Below are positions 1 to 10,842 of a stretch of DNA of 64,000 nucleotides, piece after piece; the stretch's first letter is position 1; each line of letters starts with the position of its first letter. Under the pieces are notes generated by a model, which ran no database searches, had not been told where the DNA came from, and saw only the letters and a list, made by a program, of their open reading frames with translations. This DNA is from Naegleria gruberi (Eukaryota): the NCBI GenBank assembly GCA_000004985.1, contig GG738907.1. One strand, given 5' to 3'. Both the position numbers and the translations under genes were made by a program.

Positions 1-205
1 GTAAGATCATTGGATAATACTCATTTGGTATTTTAGTTCTAGAAAATATACCAGAGCCAGAATGTGAAAATACTATAGAGTTGGTACAATTAACAGAAGG
101 TGTATCCAACGCAATGTTAATACCAGGAAAACCCGCTCCTGCGCAGTAAGAAGCTTGTATTCTGTAATTGAAACGAAATGTTGCACCAAAATTTTCACAT
201 TCTTG

Positions 206-487
206 TTATGTGCCCAAGTAATAGAGAGGTTTTGATAAGAAAGTAATTTTGTACCTATAATCTGTCATACCAACTTTACTATTAATCCATCTTCTCGACG
301 AATCAAAACCAATATTAAAAAGATTTGTTGCTTTGTTGTTTGGTATGACAATAGTGATAGGTTTATCGCCTGCAGTATAAATAACAGCGTCATTTGGCAA
401 ATTACCAGTGTTAATCAATAATTCTTCACAGTGTGTGAAAGCCAATAAAGCAAGCATAAAAAAAACAAAAATCGTGAATTTGGCCAT
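206..487 (-). CDS. small secreted protein (N-terminal signal peptide), function unknown
   Basis: 93-aa ORF with a hydrophobic N-terminus (MAKFTIFVFFMLALLAFTHC). The start context is AATAAATTAAAAAAATGGCC, an A-rich Kozak-like sequence. Confidence 0.45.
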   Translation of the reverse strand: MAKFTIFVFFMLALLAFTHCEELLINTGNLPNDAVIYTAGDKPITIVIPNNKATNLFNIGFDSSRRWINSKVGMTDYRYKITFLSKPLYYLGT

Positions 488-971
488 TTTTTTAATTTAT
501 TTTTCTGACAGCAAGTCAATTCCGTCTCCTCAACAGAATTTCAATGACGAAATTACAATAGAAAAGTGTACTATCGAAGTCCATACAATCAACTCGCACA
601 CGTTCATGCACTCACATGCTTTATCCAAGAATAAATGCAAAGCTGTATTGTTGTTGCATAGATAAACATGTTCTTGGCTTGTTATCATGTTGGCAGTTGA
701 CTTTAGGTTGTTTTTGATTTGTGTTAAGGAATTCTCTTCGGTTTAGGTGTGAACCTGGTAAAAATGGTCACTAAGAACGCGACATGGTTTTATAAACAGC
801 TCAAAACACAAGCTATTGTGCATCTATGCATTAACGATAATATGGGAAGAGTAGATTGGACCAAGATTTTCCTAATTAAAGTTAAAACGAGTATTAATTG
901 ATCATGTTCTGATCAATTCTTTTATTAAATGTACAATGTTTTTAAATGTTAGAGATATCTAGCATTGAAAA

Positions 972-2489
972 TTAATTAAACTTGGCAAGAATATTCTTCT
1001 TCAATAATTGGTATTCATCCTTATCAATGAGTCCCTTCTCAAAAAGAGCACCAACTCTCTCAAGCTCACCAATGGCACCACCACCACCACCATTTGAAGA
1101 TGTTGATGGAACTGAAACCTTATTAGCAGATTGAATTCTACTAGATTCCACACTCTTAAATTGATTATCAGGAACTTGATTTACAGAATTGTAACCCATT
1201 CTACTTGCAATTGAATTTCCAGTATTTGTTGCTCTTTCAATGGCTTCATCAGCTTCATCTTCCTGACTGTAGGTTCTTGATGGCTTATTTGGAGGTGGAG
1301 GAGTATTCATACTTGGTTTAGTTGGAATAGAAGGAGGAGGTGTTGATTTTCCAACACTGCTTCCACCATAAGGTGATGAGCTAGTAGTAGTTGTTGAATT
1401 TCCAAATGTTCTTGGACTTGGTTTAGTTGGAACGTTTGGTTGTGAAGATGGTGAAACCATTGGAACATCCAATCCAGGTGGTGGTTGCACAAGTGGTTTT
1501 GCTGTAATTGCAGGTCTAGAACCAACTTGTGGAGGAGGAGTATAACTTGATCCAAATGATGGTTGACTTCTAACAGGTGGTGGTGAATTATCAACAGATG
1601 GAGGAGATGTACTCTGTGGTTTTCCTGGAATTGGTGGAGGAACACCACGAGATGATGGAATTGGTGGAGCATTTCCTCTACTACTGTTACTATTAAATCC
1701 TGAAGATGTGGATGATGAATATGATGATGTAGATGAAGGAGGAGGTGTATCCATAGATGGTGGTGATGAATTATTATTCATTCCTCTAGATGGAATTGGT
1801 GGAGCATTTCCCTTTGGAGGTGGAACACTTGGTTTACTACCGAAAGATGGAAGTGATGGAGGTGGTTGTGGAGATTCTTCTTGTTGATCTCTTCTGGATG
1901 GAATTGGAGGAGCTGTACTGCCACCACCACCACCGAAACCACCACGAGGTTGTGGAACACTTGGTGGTTGTGGACGAGAGGAAGGTACAACTGGTGGTTG
2001 TGGTTTCGAACCGAAACCTCCACCACTACTGGTGCTGCTACCACCAAAGGATGGTTTTGGAGGAGGTGATTGAGAAGATGGAGAGGATTGTGGAGTACTG
2101 CTGCCTCCGCCTCCTCCTGCTTTCATTTGTCTCTTCTTCATCATTTCGTCCAACATTGGATTACCAGTTGGGACGAAACCACCTCCACCTCCCATACCAC
2201 CACCACCACTACTACCACCACCATATGATGATCCACCACCACCTGAAGTAGGAGGACGTGCTGATCCACCACCACCACCTCCAGAACCACCACCACCACC
2301 TCCTTTTGGAGCATCTAACAAGGCACCATCACGAATTTTCTTTTCACTTTCTGGGACTTTCTTCAATCTGGCTCCCTTGTTAATATCACTTAAAAGATTG
2401 GCTCTACCTGCAGATGGAGCTTTTACTTGAACTGTTGAGGTTGGTGGAGGAGGTGGAGAGACACCAACTGGCGGAGGAGGAACTGGCAT
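972..2489 (-). CDS. verprolin/WIP-like actin-binding protein with N-terminal WH2 motif, proline- and glycine-rich
   Basis: 505-aa ORF. A WH2 motif (LLSDINKGARLKKV) follows the N-terminal polyproline stretch, and APPIPSR-type proline motifs and long poly-Gly runs recur, as in verprolin/WIP. Confidence 0.75.
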   Translation of the reverse strand: MPVPPPPVGVSPPPPPTSTVQVKAPSAGRANLLSDINKGARLKKVPESEKKIRDGALLDAPKGGGGGGSGGGGGGSARPPTSGGGGSSYGGGSSGGGGMGGGGGFVPTGNPMLDEMMKKRQMKAGGGGGSSTPQSSPSSQSPPPKPSFGGSSTSSGGGFGSKPQPPVVPSSRPQPPSVPQPRGGFGGGGGSTAPPIPSRRDQQEESPQPPPSLPSFGSKPSVPPPKGNAPPIPSRGMNNNSSPPSMDTPPPSSTSSYSSSTSSGFNSNSSRGNAPPIPSSRGVPPPIPGKPQSTSPPSVDNSPPPVRSQPSFGSSYTPPPQVGSRPAITAKPLVQPPPGLDVPMVSPSSQPNVPTKPSPRTFGNSTTTTSSSPYGGSSVGKSTPPPSIPTKPSMNTPPPPNKPSRTYSQEDEADEAIERATNTGNSIASRMGYNSVNQVPDNQFKSVESSRIQSANKVSVPSTSSNGGGGGAIGELERVGALFEKGLIDKDEYQLLKKNILAKFN

Positions 2490-2791
2490 TGTAAAAAATT
2501 GTGTTAATTGTTAACAATTGTTATTGAAAATATTTTGCAAATGGATTTTGGATTATTATTCACTTGATTGTTGTGATCACCCTGTGTGGANNNNNNNNNN
2601 NNNNNNNNNNNNNNNNNNNNNNNNNNNNNNNNNNNNNNNNTTTAAAAGATCTAGAATTGTAAGTGCTCTTTTTTGAAACATCACATTTCATAGGAGTTTG
2701 ACGCGACGTAAAATCCAAAGTGAGATTAAATGGGTTTACAAAGACTTATTTAATTAATTTAATAAAGTGAAATCAAATTGTAAAGTTGTTT

Positions 2792-4591
2792 TTAAGGTTT
2801 TGGGTCTTCAGGTTCATCTCTTGCTTTTGTATTGTCTCTTGTTTGAAGAGTATCTTCATCTTCTTCAATGATTACAATTTCCTCCTCATTGGAAAGGATA
2901 ATTCTTTGAGAGTTATTTTCTTGTGAAATTTGCAATTCCTGCTGGGTAGCCTCTTCTTCTTGTTTAAGTACTATTCTAACTGATTCTGGTTCTGTAGATG
3001 TACTAGATTTAGGGTCTGCTGGTTCTGTTTGAACAAGTAAAAGAGGATCTGGTTTTGTGACCACATCAGGAGAGATCTTTCCCAAAATTTTTTGCCATTC
3101 ATCATGCCACGATCTATAGGATCTGATCTTTTTCAAATCGTCAACAGGTCTTTTAAAGTAGAGACTGTCTACAAGCTTCGAGTGGTCCGCCTTCTTCTTT
3201 CCCTTATCTGTTAAATGGTTAAGAACTTGAATAAATCCATCCCGATAGATTTTTGTTCTCTTCCTCCAAATCATCTTGAAAATAAAGTCTGAATTGAGTG
3301 GTAAACCTAAATCAAAATAGGTCATTTGGCAATATCTAGTTTTACCTTCATGAGTTCTAGTAAAGATGTGATAGAACAAGCCAGGAGCTTCTACATAGTT
3401 TTCTGTTTTCTTATTTTCCTCTTCTGATAGATATTTTGATGTAATAGATGGGTCCACAGATTTACCAACATTAATAAATGCATCCAAACCATCATCCCAG
3501 ACAGTACAGTAAATGTAATCATAAACTCTCTTTTTCAGCAAAGGCATAGACAAGTCAATAACTGTTCTTCCATAAGTTTTTCCAAAATAGTTACTACCAT
3601 CTTCTTGCACTTGTGGTGATGGTGGTGTATAATGTACAAAAGTATTTTCACTGAACGACAGAGGATCATAAATTTTGTGGAAATCTCCATGCCAAAACAT
3701 TGCCCAACAATCTTCAAGTGCATAAGGGAGAAGCATTACTGTCTTTGCTAATTTCATTCCCTTCATTTTCTGTGGATCGAAAGAATAAGTCTCTTTCGAA
3801 AGATAGCATTGTGTATTGTTTTCATCAAAAAAAAGTTCCCAATCAGGTGTATCCTCTGCTAGTGTGAAACCAAAGTAAATATCACTGTCTGTTACCACAT
3901 CCTTCCTCAAATCTTGAGGCTTAAATCTCAAATCTACTTTATACCCTTTAGAAATATCAAAGGCCATTTGCCTCATAAACTGTTCTCCCTTTCTCTTAAA
4001 GAAAGTTTTACAAGCGTTTGAACGAACAAATCTTGGAAATTGGTCCATCTTTAAATCCAAATGAACCTTTTCAATAACATCACGGAATAAATTAACAGGA
4101 TGTAACCTTGTTATCAAATCTGAAAGAGCTTGTAAATCTTCAACCTCCTCAGATTTTCCAATTAGATTTTCAAACTGTTTGTGAATACTCTCCCAATTCG
4201 CCAAGATTTTTGCCTTATTCCATCCCAAATTGAGTTGGTAGCTTGAGTTTGGTTTTAAAAAGTGATCATATATCGCACCTGCTGAATGTTTAAGCTTTGT
4301 CAAGTCTGAAATAACTCGGGAGAGATTAGAATGTGAATTTGAGCTAGTGGTAGGAATGGTGGTACTTGCGACACATACTACACCACCTAAGGTACCCAGA
4401 GTAGATCTAATCAGAGGAGCCAGACATCCAGTTTGATCTCTCCTAGTAGTAGTGGAGGTGTTACTGTTAGCAATATTGTTTGGAGTTGTGTTTTGTATGT
4501 TTGGCTTTGAGCTTGGTGAGGCTGGAGAAGTTACCATTTCAGCTGGGTGTTGTGTAGTGTCGCTTGTGAGAACCATTTGTGGGAGTGTCAT
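2792..4591 (-). CDS. RGS-domain protein, C-terminal ~600 aa (probably the same gene as 4633..5325)
   Basis: 599-aa ORF. Its reading frame stays open upstream to ~4714, overlapping the RGS-bearing ORF in another frame, which points to a single gene with one frameshift in the poly-N/T-coding repeat. Confidence 0.7.
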   Translation of the reverse strand: MTLPQMVLTSDTTQHPAEMVTSPASPSSKPNIQNTTPNNIANSNTSTTTRRDQTGCLAPLIRSTLGTLGGVVCVASTTIPTTSSNSHSNLSRVISDLTKLKHSAGAIYDHFLKPNSSYQLNLGWNKAKILANWESIHKQFENLIGKSEEVEDLQALSDLITRLHPVNLFRDVIEKVHLDLKMDQFPRFVRSNACKTFFKRKGEQFMRQMAFDISKGYKVDLRFKPQDLRKDVVTDSDIYFGFTLAEDTPDWELFFDENNTQCYLSKETYSFDPQKMKGMKLAKTVMLLPYALEDCWAMFWHGDFHKIYDPLSFSENTFVHYTPPSPQVQEDGSNYFGKTYGRTVIDLSMPLLKKRVYDYIYCTVWDDGLDAFINVGKSVDPSITSKYLSEEENKKTENYVEAPGLFYHIFTRTHEGKTRYCQMTYFDLGLPLNSDFIFKMIWRKRTKIYRDGFIQVLNHLTDKGKKKADHSKLVDSLYFKRPVDDLKKIRSYRSWHDEWQKILGKISPDVVTKPDPLLLVQTEPADPKSSTSTEPESVRIVLKQEEEATQQELQISQENNSQRIILSNEEEIVIIEEDEDTLQTRDNTKARDEPEDPKP

Positions 4592-4632
4592 GGTGTTATT
4601 ATCATTCGCGATAATAATACCTGTATTGGCAA

Positions 4633-5325
4633 TTATTGTTGTATTGTTATTAGTGTTAGCATTTGCAGTGATTGTAGTGGCATTATTATTATTATTGTTA
4701 TTTGTTGAATAGTGGTGCTAGCACTCGTTGCCCCACTAGTGGTGATAGATACATTGTCAGCAATAGTACCAATTTGACTGCTGGTGGTGTTAACACTGCT
4801 TGATAGGGATGATGGTTGTTGTTGATTGGTAGGTGTGGATGAATTATTATTCTGAATATTATTATTATTGCTCGTACTGCTATTGGATGAGGTAGTTGTC
4901 GTTGTTGCTGTGGAGGGATTAGTAGAGGAAGTAGAAGTAGAATTTCCAGAAGAAAAGACCGCTTGAAACTCCTTTCTACTATGCATGCTCTGATAACTGG
5001 CAACATATTCATCGGTCATCTTTAAAAACTCAAAAGGTTCTTCACTACATTCTCCTGATTGTACTTTGCGGAAAAGGCTTCTAAATTCTGGGTTTTTGAT
5101 TGCCTCTTCATAAATAATTTCATAATTATCAGGATGAAAAGCCTTTTTGTTTGAATTAGTTGGAACTGATGGAACAACAGTAACAACATCCGATTCAGTC
5201 ATGGTATCTGTGTGTGCAGTTGTATCATTTTGAACACCATCACTTTCTGATGAAGTATTGGTGCTCGAGAAGGTATTCAAACTATCATCGGACATGAATG
5301 TGTGATTAGATGTTATTGTTGACAA
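4633..5325 (-). CDS. RGS-domain protein, N-terminal part
   Basis: 230-aa ORF with an RGS-like block (EAIKNPEFRSLFRKVQSGECSEEPFEFLKMTDEY). It sits in a different frame from 2792..4591. Confidence 0.65.
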   Translation of the reverse strand: MSTITSNHTFMSDDSLNTFSSTNTSSESDGVQNDTTAHTDTMTESDVVTVVPSVPTNSNKKAFHPDNYEIIYEEAIKNPEFRSLFRKVQSGECSEEPFEFLKMTDEYVASYQSMHSRKEFQAVFSSGNSTSTSSTNPSTATTTTTSSNSSTSNNNNIQNNNSSTPTNQQQPSSLSSSVNTTSSQIGTIADNVSITTSGATSASTTIQQITIIIIMPLQSLQMLTLITIQQ

Positions 5326-6800
5326 GTATTTTTTTGTGAATTTTTAAAGAGCCATCCTGTTGAAGTGGACATGATGAACGCATTAACGAATATGAATTCT
5401 TCATCATCATGTTTTGTTATTTATACTATGTTCATTACTAGTTGATGATGATGAAAATAAGCATGTGGAAATTCAATGAGCAAATTGTGTGTAAATTCCC
5501 AACGTCCGATTATTGAATAAAAATATTTTTGCCAATTAATTTTTACATCTCCACTAATTTGTGAAAATTTTCATTTTCAACATCTTTGGTAATAGTGTTG
5601 TTGATGTGAAGACATACGCAATTTTAGTTGCACAACAATAATGTAGGGAACACATGTGAATGTTCAACAACATATGAATGTGAATGATGGATGTAAAATT
5701 ACAGGTCAATAATATGATGAAGAGTTTCAATGAATATGCACATGGCACATGCAATTTTCAATGTTTGATGTAGAAAATAGTAGATGTACATGTGCAAGTC
5801 ATCTATCTAGCATTCACAAACACTACATTGTGTATGCCCAATTCTGATTTTCAAAGATTACATGTTGCACTTGTTGATGTTTGTTGGTGGTGAGCTTTGC
5901 AATTTTTGTTTCTGTTGATTATGGAGAAGATACAACAACGTTTGACGTTGTTGATTGGTCACTAGCTGTACTGTTATTTCTTCTTGGTGTTGTTGTATTT
6001 GTTTTCTATCCAAAAAAGGTAAAGTAAGGAACCCTCGTTAAATTTCAACAAACTTGTTCATCAAACATTTGATGCAGGCTGCTGCTGTTCATGGTTGTAT
6101 ACTTCCCTTTTTTCAACCATTCCTAAAGGTAATGTTCATAATTGGATACTCCTTAATTCAGATGAATTGTAGAAAAGCTTTACACATGCTGTGGAGTTGT
6201 TGAACTTTGTTGGGAAGAGACGAAACTTTGTGTGAATTTTTTTAAGGACGACAATTTCGTTTGTTTTGATGAGGTTTACTTGTGTGTTGTGTTATTTTGT
6301 TTGGTTGTTGTTGAGGTGTGGTGCGAAATTTATGGCCCATATTACACAATGCACATTAAAAGCAACTGCTGCTTTAATAACATCACACAAATAGATTGAA
6401 GATGACAACAACACTGTACTCAACGACAAATAGGCACAATACAACTCTATCCAAACAGTTTTAATGTGATATCAAGATGCTTCCGTACACATGATGATCA
6501 AGGTTCTTGTTTGTAGAAAATGTACATTTAAAGAAAATGTATATCTCTTCAATTGTAATGTGTGGTCTCACTTTAAATAGAAGCCATATCAATATGCGAT
6601 TTCTCGATACAATTAATATACAACCATGAGGAGAGATTCATTCATATTATACAAGGGTTTTATATTATCAATCTCCTCAGCTATAGATGATTGAGGAGGA
6701 GTTTTATTATAGTGAAGAGATTGAATCACAAAGCTCTTTTAAATTGATTTGTTCCTTATCTATTAGAGAAGAATATCGCCCTTAATCCAAGCAACAGTCA

Positions 6801-8546
6801 CTATCCTTTATTGAGGTAGAATGAGCAAGGAGATGAGCTATCAAACCAACCATCGCCATTAACACAAGCTCCATCGAAATGATTGGCAGAAACTCGGTAA
6901 TTTCTCGAATGATAATCCTCAGTGAATGAATCAAAATTTAACAAGTTTCTGCATGAGAACAATGGAACGGCTCCATCGTGTGTCCACTGATTCATTATTG
7001 GACTGAGTGCAGCCAAGGCCAAATTAAGAGGAGTAAATGGGTTCAATCCAGAACTTTTAGTTCCACACATGTATCCAGTAACATATTTGGAGATTAATGG
7101 TGAAATTTCATTCTTCAAAACATCCGAAGTGGTGAGAGATTGCAAAGCACTTGTTGGTTTACCATACTCCTCACACAACCCAATATCCACAGCATAACTT
7201 GAAAATCCACCCAGTGAGCACACCCTCACTCCAAAATCAGCCAATGGTGATCCAAGTATTGGTCCCATGATATTGTACCAGCTGGTTGACTTGACATCAA
7301 TTTCAATAAGTCCTCTGCTAATTGCTGCAGCAACCATGAGATTTCCCATAGAGTGAGCAAAGATGATGGTATTTCTAACAGTGTTGGTCTTGTTGGAAAT
7401 GAAATCTGGAACTAGAATTTTGCTGACTGCTAATTGTAAATCAAAATTGTCCCAACCTCTTGAGTTGGATTCTTCTCTCATGAAAATTCTCTCTGAACAG
7501 TAGGGTGTGTAATGGTCAATTTGACCCCAATACTCGCCATTTCTGAAAGCATTTGAAGAGTAAACTGGAAGACCTGAATGTTCTCTGCTCGTTCCGTATC
7601 TGTGAGTGATTTGCATTGAGGAATAGAAATTTCGAATAGTACTTACCCATGGAGAAACACGCATCTCTTCAAAGAATTTGTATTTCGTTTTGATTGGGTA
7701 GGTTGAGTTTTTACAATTGGACCCCTTCAACCATGGTAGAATGCAAGCATGTGAATCTTGATTAAGAAAATAAGCTGTGTGATGAGAAGTTTCTTTTAGA
7801 ATTCTTGTTGCTTTTCCAACAGTTTTAGAAACCTTATTTTTTGGAAACTTGTGATATTCATCCTTGAAAGATTCCACAATGGATTCTTTCATTCTTGCTG
7901 GAGCCAATTCATCAACCTTAGCTATGAATTCTCTTCCAACAATAAATCTTAAAGAACTAATATCTCTCTTTCCCTTTTTAATACAAAGTAGATAGTGCTG
8001 TTCATGAAAAGAGGAAACAACCAAATCATTTTCATGAAAATTACACAAATCATCAACAACTCTATCATAAATCTTGGTGTGATTCTTAATTATAAAGGAT
8101 TTGTTTTCATACGAGTTCATGATTAGATGGAAAGGAATGTCCATATCGATTTCTGGTAATGCTGAACAAGATTGTGAGTCTTTAAGACATGATTCGGAAG
8201 TGAATCGTTCCTTTGATGAATCGAAATAATGAGAAATTGTCATGTTCAACTTTTGGTCTCGAACTGTTGCTTTGGAATATATTTGATAAATATTGGAATC
8301 GTTTCTGATGATAAATCCATTCATAAAAACATTCATTCTGATTCCATGATTTCTTGGTTGTATTGAAAGTCTGAAATTTGAGAATTGAGGAAAATTCAAC
8401 CAATTTCCTTTGAGAGGAATAAAATCACCATCATTTCCAAATTTGTTAATATTTGGATTGGTAAGTTTTAATTCAAGACTTGAAACTGAATAACAGAGCA
8501 ATACAAGAAGAATAGTAACAAGACTGAAGGATAGATATTGATTCAT
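6801..8546 (-). CDS. secreted alpha/beta-hydrolase (lipase/acyltransferase-like, AHSMG nucleophile elbow)
   Basis: 581-aa ORF with an N-terminal signal peptide and a GxSxG-type motif (IIFAHSMGNLMVAAAI). An AAAAAAATG start context is present. Confidence 0.7.
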   Translation of the reverse strand: MNQYLSFSLVTILLVLLCYSVSSLELKLTNPNINKFGNDGDFIPLKGNWLNFPQFSNFRLSIQPRNHGIRMNVFMNGFIIRNDSNIYQIYSKATVRDQKLNMTISHYFDSSKERFTSESCLKDSQSCSALPEIDMDIPFHLIMNSYENKSFIIKNHTKIYDRVVDDLCNFHENDLVVSSFHEQHYLLCIKKGKRDISSLRFIVGREFIAKVDELAPARMKESIVESFKDEYHKFPKNKVSKTVGKATRILKETSHHTAYFLNQDSHACILPWLKGSNCKNSTYPIKTKYKFFEEMRVSPWVSTIRNFYSSMQITHRYGTSREHSGLPVYSSNAFRNGEYWGQIDHYTPYCSERIFMREESNSRGWDNFDLQLAVSKILVPDFISNKTNTVRNTIIFAHSMGNLMVAAAISRGLIEIDVKSTSWYNIMGPILGSPLADFGVRVCSLGGFSSYAVDIGLCEEYGKPTSALQSLTTSDVLKNEISPLISKYVTGYMCGTKSSGLNPFTPLNLALAALSPIMNQWTHDGAVPLFSCRNLLNFDSFTEDYHSRNYRVSANHFDGACVNGDGWFDSSSPCSFYLNKG

Positions 8547-8781
8547 TTTTTTCTAACATCTAATGATTATGTGCTCACTCAACAAACATGATTCAGAAAA
8601 TGAAATTTCCAATTATATCAAGTTTACTTTCTTGTCCAGAAAAATAAAAATCTCCAATGCGCTTTCATCTCTCTATCACACCATCGATATGGGAAACATA
8701 CTGCGAGAGTTTAGACTAAACATGAAAGCTCAATAAAAATTGAATTGTGAAATTATTTACAATATTTTTACATCAAATGTT

Positions 8782-9834
8782 TTATTTACTTGATGGATCA
8801 TTAATACCATCATTATAAATACCAAAGTTGCATTCACCTTCGGGCAGTGATGGAGAATCATAAATCTTACAAACTCTTTCTTCACCTTTACCTTTTCTTA
8901 AGAATAAACGAGTTGTTGCCATGTGAGCCATAATGTGACCACCAATTGGTTTCATTTGAACTGCACCTGCAAAAGTAGCACCATCAACAGTAGCAACTAC
9001 TTGATTTGTAACAACTACAGCAACATGGAATTCATCAGCAAGTTTCAATAAACTCTTTAAGAAAGCAGAAAGTCTAATTTGTCTAGCATTCAATTCACCA
9101 CGTCCAGAAAATTCAGAACGATATAAACCAGTAACACTGTCAACAATAATAACTGCATAGTGACTTTCTGAAAGTAATTTTGGAGCTTCACTCAATAATT
9201 TTTCTTGGTGATCACTTGAATAAGCTCTAGCAAATGTAACATTATCTAAAACTTCGGAATATTTAAGACCAAAACGATCTGCAATTGGTTCTAAACGTTC
9301 AGGACGGAAAGTACCTTCTGTATCAATATAAAGTGCTTTACCTTCACCACCACCACTTTCAAGAGGTAATTGACAAGTTACACAAAGTGTATGACAAATT
9401 TGTGTTTTACCAGTTCTAAATTCACCAAACATTTCTGTTAATGAATTTGATTCAATACCTCCACCTAATAATTTATCTAATTCCTTTGATCCTGTTGAAA
9501 CTTTGATTACTTTCTTTCTAACTTCTTGATATTGTGTTGCTGATGAAAATCCTGATGGAAAAAGTTTTTGTGCTGCTTCTATAATTTTATCAGCTTTTTG
9601 TTCACTGATACCTTTAACATTGATAATAACTTTCTTTGGAGTCATGATGAGTGATTGAACAGTATGGAAATTACCTGCTACAAGTTTTTTAACGTCAGTA
9701 GCAGAAATACCATGGTTTTCTAATTCTTGAATAGGAATAAAAGATTCTCCTACTTCTACAGCTTCGGATGTTTCTTCAGCAACTTCTTCTTCTTCTTCAA
9801 CTTCTTCTACGACTTTAGATTTGGCTCTTGGCAT
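8782..9834 (-). CDS. rad51: DNA repair/recombination protein Rad51 (RecA family)
   Basis: 350-aa single ORF with Walker A (GEFRTGKTQ), Walker B (AVIIVDS) and C-terminal blocks typical of Rad51, plus an acidic N-terminal extension. Confidence 0.93.
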   Translation of the reverse strand: MPRAKSKVVEEVEEEEEVAEETSEAVEVGESFIPIQELENHGISATDVKKLVAGNFHTVQSLIMTPKKVIINVKGISEQKADKIIEAAQKLFPSGFSSATQYQEVRKKVIKVSTGSKELDKLLGGGIESNSLTEMFGEFRTGKTQICHTLCVTCQLPLESGGGEGKALYIDTEGTFRPERLEPIADRFGLKYSEVLDNVTFARAYSSDHQEKLLSEAPKLLSESHYAVIIVDSVTGLYRSEFSGRGELNARQIRLSAFLKSLLKLADEFHVAVVVTNQVVATVDGATFAGAVQMKPIGGHIMAHMATTRLFLRKGKGEERVCKIYDSPSLPEGECNFGIYNDGINDPSSK

Positions 9835-10188
9835 TTTGATGAATAAATTTGCTTAGGGTTTTTGTACAATTAGTTGTTTTGATTATTTTTTAGCTTGTTG
9901 TTTTCTGATGATGAAAAGTTCCAGCGTATTTTATTTAAAAATGCGCAGCAAGTTAATTTCTTGTGAAAATTGGAAGAGAGTAAAAACTGGAACTTGAGAA
10001 TCAAAAACCGCCAAAACAAAAAATACATGATAAAGTAGAAGAAGAAACAAATTGAATTTAATAAGAGGGATATGTGATAATATACTTTGAGATGGTTATT
10101 GGTTGGATTGAATTTAAAATGATATCAAAAAATGCAAAGACATCATCAACAGCTTGTTGATTCAGAAGTAAAATCATCAACAGCAGTG

Positions 10189-10255
10189 ATGAAGCCTTCT
10201 CTTTTATCGGAGCATGTTAGAACATCTTCTTCAACAAGAAATGATTATATTGATA
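10189..10255 (+). CDS. divergent TCP-1/CCT-like group II chaperonin paralog, exon 1
   Basis: ATG followed by a GTATGT donor at 10256. The spliced product continues RNDYIDN|IQACIDVGEKLKSLLGPKALENLIVD, which resembles the CCT N-terminus. Confidence 0.6.
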
Positions 10256-10309
10256 GTATGTTTTCAATGATGATAGAGGAATAATAGAAAATTATTATCC
10301 ATTAAATAG

Positions 10310-10446
10310 ATATTCAAGCCTGTATTGATGTTGGAGAAAAATTGAAAAGTCTTCTTGGTCCTAAAGCTTTGGAAAATTTAATTGTGGATAGGGAGAGTGG
10401 AGAAATAATTATTACTAATGATGGTGCAACAGCTATTGAATATATG
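10310..10446 (+). CDS. CCT-like chaperonin, exon 2
   Basis: Bounded by acceptor AAATAG and donor GTAAGG. It encodes LGPKALENLIVDRESGEIIITNDGATAIEYM, matching the CCT equatorial-domain motif LGPKG...TNDGATIL. Confidence 0.7.
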
Positions 10447-10492
10447 GTAAGGATTAAAGTTCGAATTGCTATTATAATTTATGGATTCATAG

Positions 10493-10596
10493 AAATTTAA
10501 TAATCCTCTTGCACAATTATTTATTGAATTGAGTCAATCAGTGGATGATCAGATAGGTGATGGTACTACATCTGTGGTTGTATTGGCGTCTTCAAT
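10493..10596 (+). CDS. CCT-like chaperonin, exon 3
   Basis: Encodes KFNNPLAQLFIELSQSVDDQIGDGTTSVVVLASS, containing the GDGTTSVV ATP-binding motif. A GTATGT donor follows. Confidence 0.7.
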
Positions 10597-10636
10597 GTAT
10601 GTTGTAAAATTGTTGATTGGATTCTAATGATAATAG

Positions 10637-10796
10637 GTTGGAGCAATCTTTGAAACTCATTAGAGAAGGTGTTCATCCAATGAAAATTGTGAAATACTAT
10701 TCGATTTTTAATGACATTATTGAAAAACATTTGACTGAATATCAAGCATTAAAATTAGAATTGAACAATGAATCCAGTAAATCATATATAACACAG
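10637..10796 (+). CDS. CCT-like chaperonin, exon 4
   Basis: Encodes LEQSLKLIREGVHPMKIV..., matching the CCT GIHP block. A GTAAAT donor follows. Confidence 0.65.
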
Positions 10797-10842
10797 GTAA
10801 ATATTTCAATAATTTTGGATATTAATATATTGGATGACAAAG

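Noticed and set aside
1307-2251. Four ORFs (1307..1672 -, 1778..2047 -, 1790..2251 +, 1866..2069 +) rich in H/L/V/W
   Set aside because: They are alternative-frame or antisense readings of the G/P-rich repeat coding sequence of the verprolin-like gene, with no independent start or motif support.
2591-2640. Run of 50 N
   Set aside because: This is an assembly gap, not biological sequence. It lies in the intergenic region upstream of the verprolin-like gene.
4452-4712. 86-aa hydrophobic ORF on the + strand
   Set aside because: It is antisense to the RGS gene's repeat region, where low-complexity sequence keeps spurious frames open.
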